DNA from: Octopus vulgaris
Taxonomy: Eukaryota
Direction: 5' to 3'
DNA length: 64,000 nucleotides
Assembly: GCA_951406725.2 (NCBI GenBank)
Contig: OX597824.1
Coordinates: forward strand, 3,782,001-3,846,000
Below, one piece after another: positions 53,766 through 64,000 of this stretch. The notes beneath the pieces are model-generated. The model made no database searches and was not told the DNA's origin. It saw only the letters and a list, made by a program, of their open reading frames with translations. The position numbers and the translations under genes are program-made. Position 1 is the stretch's first letter. The number at the start of each line of letters is the position of its first letter.

Positions 53766-54459
53766 ACACCTTGATGCCCTTCCTAACACCAACCACTCCG
53801 AGAGTAAAAAGCACCCACTACACTCTCGGAGTGGTTGGCATTAGGAAGGGCATCCAGCTGTAGAAACTCTGCCAGATCATGATTGGAGCTTGGTGCAACC
53901 ATCTGATTCACCAGTCCTCAGTCAAAATCGCCCAACCCATGCTAGCATGGAAAGCGGACGTTAAACAACGATGATGATGATGATGTATCTGTTTCAGATT
54001 CTGAATATAACAGTTTCACAGTGTACATATAAGTGTGGATGTATGTGTATGTGTGTGTGTACGTCTGTATATATGTGTACCTGTGTATGTCTGTATTGGA
54101 TTATGGCCATCTCAGCAATTGCTGTTATTCAAAACACAACTCATGTTTAATGTGAGCTGAAATACTAGAAGCTGATTGGTCAATTCAGTTGATTGGTTGG
54201 CTGTTTGATTGACAGGTAGACTGATTGGAGAGAGGTAAACAGTAACAACAAAACTTCATTGAAATGGATGGACAGACAAACATAGACATGTGCACACACA
54301 CACACACAGATAAATATACATAAATACACACACACGCACATATGTATATATGTATGTATATGTATGTATGTATATATGTATATATATATGTATCTATCTA
54401 TATATATATATATGCACATATGCACATATACATATGTATGTGTGTGTGTGTGTATGTGA

Positions 54460-54780
54460 AAGCACATGGCTTAGAAGTTAGGTTATTTGGCTCACGATTT
54501 TAAGGTCATGAGTTCAATTCCTGGCAGCGTGTTGTATCCTTGGGCAAGACAATTTATTTCACATTGCTCCAGTCCATCCAGCTGGCAAAAAATGAGTTGT
54601 ACCAGTAATTCAAAAGGGGCCAGCCTTGTCACACTCTGTCCCACACTGAATCTTTCAGGGAACTATGCTAAGGGTACACAGGTCTGTGGAATGGCCAGGA
54701 ATTTGCATGTTAAATTCAAGAGCAAACTGTCCCAATGAGTGGATCGACCAGAACCTCATCACCATAACTGAAACAGTGCC
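54460..54780 (+). mobile_element. tRNA-derived SINE
   Basis: TGGCTTAGAAG A-box-like, GAGTTCAATTCC B box, CCTTGGGCAAGAC core; related head at 43122-43400. Confidence 0.7.
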
Positions 54781-54831
54781 AGCTTTATATATATATGTGT
54801 GTGTGTATATGTATGTATATATATACATATA

Positions 54832-54887
<56 letters not shown>

Positions 54888-54982
54888 CATACACACATAT
54901 ATATGCATACACCTCTTGATATTATTGAGTTAGACATGGTCTAGGCTAAAGATGGCCTATATACACACACATGCACAAACAT

Positions 54983-55031
<49 letters not shown>

Positions 55032-55851
55032 TCTATGTATCAATTTATAAGCATGTAGTTATATGTGTGTGTGTGTGTACAACCATTGCTGTACTTTTTG
55101 GAAAACATCCAAATATCACCAAAGAGCCTCTAATGCATCTCACTGAGAAAAGTGTCATCAAGCAGATACATCTGTCTTGGTGTATATATATTAGTGTATG
55201 TATCATCATCATCATCGTCGTCATCACCATTTAACGTCCACTTTCTGTGCTAGCACGGGTTGGACAGTTTGACTGGGGATTGGAAAGCCAGGAGGCTGTA
55301 CCAGGCTCCAATCTGATCTGGCAAGATTTCTACAGCTGGATTCCCTTCCTAATGCCAACCACTCCGAGAGTGTAGTGGGTGCTTTTTATGTGCCACTGGC
55401 ATGGGAGCTAGTAAGGCGGCACGAGTATCAGCCACTTTCAGATGTTGCTTTTTACGTGCTACCGGCACAAGAGCCAGTCATATATATACACACACATATA
55501 TATATATTCTTTTATTCTGTTATTCTTTCATTTTTTTCAGTCATTTGACTGTGGCCATGCTGGGGCACCACCTTTAGTCGAACAAATCAACCCCAGGACT
55601 CATTCTATCAGTCTCTTTGGCCAAACTGCTAAGTTACAGGGACATAAACACACCAACTTCAGTTGCGGGGGACAAAATAGACACACAAATACTCACACAT
55701 ACACACACACACATACAATCCCCTCACAAGGCTTTGGTCAGCCCGAGGCAATAGTATAGAAAACACTTGCCCAAGGTGTCATGCAGTGGGACTGAACCCA
55801 GAACCATGTTGTTGGTAAGCAGGCTACTTACCACGCACCCACTTCTACAGC

Positions 55852-55911
<60 letters not shown>

Positions 55912-55919
<8 letters not shown>

Positions 55920-56038
55920 ACGAAAATAACAAAAGATGAAGACAGGTGGTGTACAAAACAAACAGATGTATTTGTATAACGCTCAGGAAATTAAAGATGT
56001 CTTTTACGTTTCGAGCCTATGCTCTTCTACAGAAAGGG

Positions 56039-56040
<2 letters not shown>
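55912..56040 (-). mobile_element. Short Penelope-like terminal repeat with hammerhead-like motif (56001-56036)
   Basis: Minus strand: CUUU CUGUAGA A GAGC-AUAG-GCUC GAA ACGU A AAAG; lies between (GA)n and (TA)n. Confidence 0.6.
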
Positions 56041-56101
<61 letters not shown>

Positions 56102-56278
56102 CATATATATACATATATATGTATGCATATATATACATATACTCACGCCCACACACACATATATATATGTGTACACACAAACACACACACACACACACAC
56201 ACAAACACAAGAAATATATAGAAAGGAACAAATCCTACCAAATGGCTTAGAGAAATGATACAACGTGGCTGTACTGAC

Positions 56279-56494
56279 CGGTGTGCCTGAGTTTGGGTTG
56301 TAGCCTGGTATGTAGCGAGTGACAGCTGATTCTCCTGTGCCATATCTGTTGTTCAGGTCAGGGAAAGGGTTGTTGTAGACGCAGATGGTGGCGCTGTCCT
56401 CGTGCTTCTGACACAGTTCGTACATTATGTTCACAATCTGTTTCTTCTTGGCGTATTTTGGTTTCTTCTTGTAAAAACTATATTTGTCTTCAAT
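56279..56494 (-). CDS. Probable coding exon (216 nt, phase 0-0) of unknown minus-strand gene
   Basis: tctattctcaatcatctcaattcag|ATT GAA...ACA CCG|gtcagt. Only one frame is open: IEDKYSFYKKKPKYAKKKQIVNIMYELCQKHEDSATICVYNNPFPDLNNRYGTGESAVTRYIPGYNPNSGTP. More GC/CpG-rich than its flanks. Confidence 0.78.
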
Positions 56495-56859
56495 CTGAAT
56501 TGAGATGATTGAGAATAGATTGATACAGAGGAAATGTGAAGTGTGTGTGTGTGTGTGTCTAAGTCTGTATCTGTGCATATACAAGCATACATACATATAC
56601 ATATGCATACACACCATACACACACATGTATGTATGTGTGTATATATATAAATTCAATTTAGAAATACTAAATCAAGTTTGTCACAATATAATATATATA
56701 AAAATTAGAAAAAAACACCTTTTATCAATTCAAAATGAACAATTAAATTACACCATGTAGAAAATTACATATAATAGAAATATTAAAATTAAAATAACAA
56801 TATATTTAATTAAAATACCAATTATATATGACATTTTATTGTTATTTTAATTTTAATCA

Positions 56860-57200
56860 GTACCGCAACGACTGGCCTCCGTGCTGAGGGCACGTAACAA
56901 ACACCATCCGAGCATGGCCGTTCACCAGCCTCGTCTGGCACCTGTGTCGGTGACACATAAGAAAACACCATCCGAGCGTGGCCGTCTGCCAGCCTCGTCT
57001 GGCACCTGTGTCGGTGGCACATAAAATCACACACTACACTCTCGGAGTGGTTGGCATTAGGAAGGGCATCCAGCTGTAGAAACACTGCCAGATCTGACTG
57101 GCCTGGTGCAGCCTTCGGGCTTGCCAGACCCCAGTTGAACCGTCCAACCCATGCTAGCATGGAAAGCGGACGTTAAACGATGATGATGATGATGATGATG
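56860..57200 (+). mobile_element. RTE-tail element inserted in an AT-rich fold-back
   Basis: Tail as at 13575-13970; flanks 56695-56773 and 57201-57278 are reverse complements of each other. Confidence 0.8.
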
Positions 57201-57376
57201 ATATGTAATTTTCTAGATGGTGTAATTTAATTGTTCATTTCGAATTGATAAAAGCTGTTTTTTTCTAATTTATATATATATATATATATACATACACAAT
57301 TGAAAAATGGTTGTATACACGTACAGACACATGAATATATATGTATGTATGTATGTGGTGTGTATGTATGTATATG

Positions 57377-57411
<35 letters not shown>

Positions 57412-57904
57412 CACACACACAAACTAGACACATACAAATATATGGATATATGTATATGTGTGTGTTTATTGTTTTTAATATCATCTCCATGCTCAGTGTC
57501 ATGCTTCAGTGAACAACATTTGTTTTACAAGAATGATCAGCACTCAACTCTTAATCTCCGTGTAGTTCAGGGTGCATCGTTTCTGAATAAATGCCCAAAT
57601 GGTTGCAAAACTTAATTTAAAGGAAACTATTAAATACATGCACACACCTGCACATAATCTCTCTCTCACACACGCACACATATGTATATGTGTGTATATA
57701 TATATATGTTTATATATATATGTATATATATATATATATATATACACACACATATATAATATGTAACTATATGTGTATCTATACATATGATATGCATATG
57801 CACACATATATGTCAGTGTATTATCATCAATAAGTTTAGCACTATATGTATATATATACTCACACACACTCATATATATACATATATGTATGTGTATATA
57901 TATA

Positions 57905-57978
<74 letters not shown>

Positions 57979-58145
57979 TGCGCACACAAACATATATATG
58001 TATATATGAAACGAAGGCAAAAAATTAATTATTGATATACAAATTTTCTGTTTATAAATAAGAACAATATTAAAAAATATGTTTTCATTTTTTTGCTGTG
58101 GTTGACGAAACCTTTACAGCTATTTTGCATGGAAACCATTCCTAC

Positions 58146-58181
58146 CTCCACCGCCACCGTCTTAATTTTCCCTAGTTTCTT
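58146..58181 (-). CDS. Candidate 36-nt exon (KKLGKIKTVAVE), phase 0-0
   Basis: Branch-like ctaat; first downstream AG in ttctgcaag|AAG; donor GAG|gtagga; joins in frame to 56494. Confidence 0.45.
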
Positions 58182-58419
58182 CTTGCAGAACCCATTCAAG
58201 GAGAAATATTAGTTTTAGCCAAAGAGAAATTTATATTTCAAAGTTCAGCAAGCGTTACAATTCCTTTCTCTTCTCGTCGTTCTTGCATTTCTTGTCATTT
58301 TTTCTAATGTTTCTGCTTTGGTTTTGTCTCCAAAGAGAAAATCGGTAAATCAGTAAATTGGATAACAATTCACAGGTAACTGGCCTGATAGATAGATTAT
58401 TGTTATTGCTGGGCTTATT

Positions 58420-58475
58420 ATCGTTATCATCATCATCATTATTATTATTATTATTATTATCATTATTATTATTAT

Positions 58476-58519
<44 letters not shown>

Positions 58520-58725
58520 TCCTCCTCCTCCACCTCATCATCATCATAATTGTCATTGTCATCATCATCATCATCATCATAATCATCATCATAATTATCA
58601 TCATGATCATGATCACGATCATCATCATCATCATTATCATCATTGTCATTATCATCATTATCATTATAGTGTTGTCATCATCATCATCGTCATGATCATT
58701 ATCCTCCTCCTCCTCCTCCTCCTCC

Positions 58726-58765
<40 letters not shown>

Positions 58766-58830
58766 TATCCTCATCATCACCATTCTCCACCTCCGCCTCC
58801 TCCTCCTCCTCCTCCTCATCATCATCAACC
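58420..58830. repeat. Compound trinucleotide tract (CAT/TAT/TAC/CCT)
   Basis: Directly visible. Confidence 0.9.
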
Positions 58831-59058
58831 CATTGGTGTTCTAGTTATTGTTGTTAATGTTCTTATTGCTGAATTTCTTCTTCTTGTGATATTCATTCAA
58901 AATGTCTCTCTTTGTCCTCAACCATTTTTTCAAATGTTCCAACACATTTTGTAAAAATGACATTTTTTTTTTCTCCGAAATTTTTACTCACAAATTTGTG
59001 CCTGCATTTTCACACCCAAGCTATTCCCATTGAGGCATGACTATACTGTAATCATAAA

Positions 59059-59103
<45 letters not shown>

Positions 59104-60069
59104 ACACGCATATACACACTCATACACACATGCACACACACACATATACACACACGAGCATACATACACACATATACACACACATACACACACACATACA
59201 CACACAAACACACACACACATACACACACATACACACACACATATACACACATACACACACATGCACACACACATACACACACATACACACACATACATA
59301 CACACATACACACACATACATACAAATACACACATACACATACACACACACATGCACAAAAAGGAGAAAAATACAAGCTCAAAAATTTCTGGACAGGAAA
59401 AATTCCAAGATGAAAAATTCCAGGTTGAAACTAAACTTGCAACTGTGAATGGTGTCTTCCACTCTGACAAGATACCAGCTGTAACGAGTGGAAGAGTCTG
59501 ACATTGAAATTCAAAAATAATTATGATAGGAAAAAATGGGAAAAAGGACAGTAGCAAATAACCTCTCATCAGTTAAGCCTCACTGTGGTTTTGACACCTT
59601 TTGACAGTACTACTCAGCTTACTGGTGCCATTAGTGAAAGCTGGTGCTACCAGAGAGACATTATAGAACAAAATGATAAAAGAAAGACCACTGGTACAAA
59701 AGTCAAACAAGGAAGGTGGACAAGGGTGTAAATGAAGTAACACAAACAGAAATCAGAATGAGGTTCTTCAACTAAAGTGAAAATAGAAAAAACAACAGAT
59801 AAGAAAAAGAAATGTCTGGCTTGACGGTTGAGAAAGGAAAGACAGATGAATACAAGAGGTGAAAGTGGGACAAATTACTTAAAGGGTAAAAGTGATAAAA
59901 GGCAGGAACTGAGAGAGAAAGAGAACAAGAGAAAGGAAGAGAGAGAGAGAGAGAGCAATAGAAAGGAAGAGAGAGAAAATGTTACTGTTATTACTATACT
60001 CTGTAATTTTTGTGAGTTCCTGTCTGGTTTTGCCATTTATGAAGCAGTTCAGAATACACTTCTTATGTA

Positions 60070-61579
60070 CAGGGTGTTTGGGTTATATTTGGCAGTTTAC
60101 ATAAAAGGGAAAGAAAAACACAATATCTCATCGAAAAACAAAATTATCTTAAAAAATAAAAACATTGTCAACAAGATTATGGCTGGGAGATAAGAGTTTA
60201 GTCAAAATAGTCATGTCCAGCTTCCAGATGCATTCCTAACTGTGTGTCTGAAAAGATCTTGGAAGACTTCCTTGATCTTGGTGACCAACTCAGCTTTTGG
60301 TGTTGCAGACAGAGCAGTTGGAGTCTTTCTTGACCACACCCTACACGTAATAATCCATGGGGTTACAGTTGGAAGAATTAGGAGTCCTGAAATTGGAATT
60401 AGTGAAGTCAAAGAAATTCTCTGACAACCACTTTCGGCTCTTTCCTGAGGCATGGTGAGGGATTGAATCCTGCTGCCACACATATGGCCATCCAGCAGCG
60501 CCTTCTCTAGCCAGGGTTTGACCAGTCTTTAGCAATTTTGGATAATCATCTGAATTGAGCGAAAGGCCCTGTTCAAAGATCTGTGGTGCATGACATCACC
60601 ATCATCAGAGACACACCTAAAGACCTTTACAGTTTGGGAGGAATTTGGTTTTCATGATTCATGAGACATCTTGTAGATTATAGGAGGATCACCTGTGATC
60701 CAGGGTGCCATGTAACTGGTCTCGGCAATATTTTTTTTATTTGAAAAGAACCAGATCATCCTTGGCTAAACAAGATGCCTTAGCTTGTTCAAGAACTTTT
60801 TTTGCCATCATCAACTGGTGCTCCTTGTAACATTTTCTCTCTCTTCCTTTCTGTTGCTCTCTTTCTCTCTCAATTTTTTTCCTCCAGTCTATTCTTGCCT
60901 TTTATCACTTTTACCCTTTAAATAATTTGTCCCAATTTCACCTCTTGTATTCATCTGTCTTTCCTTTCTCAACCGTCAAGCCAGACATCTCTTTTTCCTA
61001 TCTGTTGTTTTTTCTATTTTCACTTTAGTTGAAGAACCTCATTCTGATTTCTGTTTGCGTTACTTTGTATACACCCTCGTCTTTTCTGAGCAAAATAACA
61101 ATCTACCTGTCAGAATTTGTCCATTGTACCACTTGTACGAGTGTTTGCAAAGGTCCTCATTCAGGGCCAGTCTCATGGTGTGGATGCTATCCCCCATCTC
61201 CCACATCAAAGCCTGGATTCTCTTGCTTGGATCTTCCATCATCTTGTGCCTCTACTATTGGATGAGTTCCAGTCAGAACGCCTGCTTATGTCCCTTTCTG
61301 CTGGTCACAGTTTTGTAGTCTCTGCTGCAGCTGCCCCTGTCACTTCCCACAGCTTTATAGTATTCACAGAGCATTGGGCAGTAGTCTTGATGCTGGCATT
61401 TTGACACCTGTCTTAAATCCTCATGATGCAAGAAACTTTCAGTCCTCTACGTCAGCTGATTTGTTTTCAACTTCAACTTTGATCTTTATGCTCTCAATGC
61501 CATTGACTTTTCTCCAATATATCAAGCTATTCCAGATAAAAAGAGACATCAAAAAATCGTCAAATTTAGTTTGAACACA

Positions 61580-61582
<3 letters not shown>
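60070..61582 (-). mobile_element. DD37D (maT-type) transposon, near full length, decayed, with an internal insertion
   Basis: Terminus TA|CAGGGTGTTTGGG; MMEDPSKRIQALMWEMGDSIHTMRLALNEDL...GQILT near 61240-61107; QQD plus 37 residues plus D (SIPHHASGKSRKWLSENFFDFTNSNFRTPNSSNCNPM) in ORF 60341-60535. Confidence 0.88.
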
Positions 61583-61612
<30 letters not shown>

Positions 61613-61829
61613 CATTCCCAACTGGTGTGCAAACCAGTTTGGGAGCATTGAACTTGGCAAGGGTTTGCTTGTGTCTCAACATTTCCACACCATCGACTAC
61701 TTCGCTTAACACCTCTTGGTCTTAGGACCTCAGCCCTGGATCTCCACCATCCACCTCCAGAGGAAACATGTGCTTATCTTCTCCCTCTAAACTCACATGC
61801 ACTTTGGCGTAATGTTCACTTTCTTTATA

Positions 61830-62270
61830 CAAAGTAAATTACTGGTAAGATAAATACTTTTAGCTTCTCTGTGAATCATGGACATCGTCTGCTCTGTTTA
61901 TTACATTTATTGATTTTAGCAACAATGCTCTAGTTTATTAGTGGAATAGATGCTCTACAGTCATTAAGACTCCATATAAATTTGGATAATAAAGTCAAAT
62001 TATATTTTCTTCTATTCTTGAAAGAAACTATAAATTGTGTGAATCTTTTCTTAAAGATGTTTCATCTGAGACCAATACAAATTTTTATTGTTCCATCTAC
62101 ATTGGCAATATCTATATACCAGTTCATTCTAAAGGCATTTGTTGTTTAAAGGACAGTGTCTAGGGGATCTGAGGCTGTAGTGTGGTGGGGATTTACTTAA
62201 ATTGGTTTTTCCATTGTGGTTGAAAATTTGGGAATGTTCATATTAGGGAACACACCATAACTTGCTTTAA
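61830..62270 (-). mobile_element. Penelope-like element GIY-YIG endonuclease region, decayed
   Basis: Minus strand: KASYGVFPNM...NHN...HCPLNNKCL*NELVY...ICIGL...FKKRF...SF...TLLSKFIWSL...NKQSRRC...EK, following the KVSYSC/CPL..CL/VY/YIG/LSKYIW pattern. Confidence 0.7.
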
Positions 62271-62286
62271 CAGCATGTCTTTTGAG

Positions 62287-62317
<31 letters not shown>

Positions 62318-62320
<3 letters not shown>

Positions 62321-62553
62321 TTTTTCTTCTTTTATTCTTTTATTTGTTTCAGTCATTTGACTTTGGCCATGCTGGAGTACCACCTTTACTTGAATAAATC
62401 GACCCCAGGACTTATTCTTTGTAAGCCTGGCACTTATTCTATCACTTTCTTTTGCTGAACTGCTAAGTAACGGGCACATAAACACATCAACATTGGTTGT
62501 CAAGCAATGGGGAGGGGGGAAACAAACACAGACACACAAATATATACATACAC

Positions 62554-62600
<47 letters not shown>

Positions 62601-62766
62601 AACACAATGGGATTCATTCAGTTTCTGCCTACCAAATACTCTCATAAGGTTTTGGTTGGTCTGAGGCTACAGAAGAAGACACTTGCCCAAGGTGCCATGC
62701 AGTGCGACCAAAACAGGAACCATGCGGTTGGGATCCAAGCTTCTTATTACACAACCACTCCTGCAC
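62318..62766 (-). mobile_element. SINE family A
   Basis: Matches the other family-A copies; further copies at 16303-16655 and 55510-55850. Confidence 0.85.
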
Positions 62767-63181
62767 TGAGGTGGCACGCTGTGCAGGTGGCACGTAAAAA
62801 GCACCCACTACACTCACGGAGTGGTTGGCGTTAGGAAGGGCATCCAGCTGTAGAAACACTGCCAGATCAAGATTGAAGCCTGGTGCAGCCTTCTGGCTTC
62901 CCAGATCCCCGGTCGAACCGTCCAACCCATGCTAGCATGGAAAACGGACGTTAAACGATGATGATGATGATGATGATATATATATATATATATGTATATG
63001 TAATCATATCGAAGGGAAATGGAAATTAATAGAAATTTTCATTTCCAGTGGTCTAACATGTAAATATTTAGTCCAAAGACTATGTATTAGTCATAAAATA
63101 CAGTGTACATTTAAACACATAAGGAATCCACTCGTGGGATTCAACATGCTAGAAAGAACAGCTAGGTTCTTAAACCACAAA

Positions 63182-63610
63182 AGGCAAGTGAAATCGAAAT
63201 CAAAATGAAATTCGATGACTGGCATCCGTGCTAGTGGAGTGCTAAGAGTACCATACGAGCGTGATCGTTGCCAGAGCAACAAACTGGCTTCTGTGCCGTC
63301 GGCATGTAAAAAGCACCATTCGAGCATGATCGTTATCTGCGTCACCTTACTGGCACTTGTGCTGGTGGCACATAAAAAGCACCATTTGAGTGTGGCCGTT
63401 GCCAGTATCGCCTAACTGGCCCTCATGCTGGGGGCACGTAAAAGCACCCACTACATTCTCGGAGTGGTTGGTGTTAGGAAGGGCATCCGGCAGTAGAAAC
63501 TCTGCCAGATCAGATTGGAGCCTGGTGCAGCCATCTGGTTCACCAGTCCTCAGTCAAATCGTCCAACCCATGCTAGCATGGGAAGCAGACGATGATATTG
63601 ATGATGATGA
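63182..63610 (+). mobile_element. RTE-tail element with (GAT)n
   Basis: As at 13575-13970; other copies at 44045-44265, 44722-44960 (-), 45662-45960 (-), 53808-53985, 55202-55480 (-) and 62770-62977. Confidence 0.8.
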
Positions 63611-63650
63611 TATATATACATATATAAATATATAAATATGCATGTGGAAA

Positions 63651-63852
<202 letters not shown>

Positions 63853-64000
63853 TACATGCACACATACACACACACACATAATATACATATACACATACAT
63901 GCATAAACTCATTGAAAATCTTGTATGAAGTAACAAGAAATATTGCATTCGTAAAACATGGTTTTGATATTGTTTTCTTATTTCTTTAAATTTTGTCCAC

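Noticed and set aside
59477-59498. 22-nt minus-strand exon candidate (xLFHSLQL) upstream of 58181
   Set aside because: Good pyrimidine tract and compatible phase, but the donor gtatct is weak and the piece is too short to support.

Overview
Repeat-dominated, AT-rich eukaryotic DNA. The tRNA-derived SINE families, RTE-type tails ending in (GAT)n and dense (TA)n/(CA)n/(TAA)n microsatellites match what I recognise from Octopus; this assignment is an inference. Almost every ORF in the supplied track is a microsatellite or repeat artefact. Reading splice signals directly gives a probable minus-strand protein-coding gene of unknown family, with its best exons at 56494-56279 and 27426-27123 and weaker ones at 58181-58146, 25596-25501 and 23064-23001. 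Most of the window would then be intron. Decayed mobile elements include CR1/L2-like and RTE LINE pieces, five R4/Dong-type RLE retroelement 3' ends sitting in (TAA)n tracts, two Penelope-like fragments (RT and GIY-YIG), a mariner, three DD37D (maT) copies, a non-autonomous Helitron and several MITE/fold-back palindromes. The most notable signal is a set of minimal hammerhead-ribozyme motifs. One has a near-canonical core and lies in the loop of a 144-bp inverted-repeat element (24265-24715); variant-core copies occur in short (TA)n-embedded repeats. No rRNA, genuine tRNA gene or CRISPR array was found.
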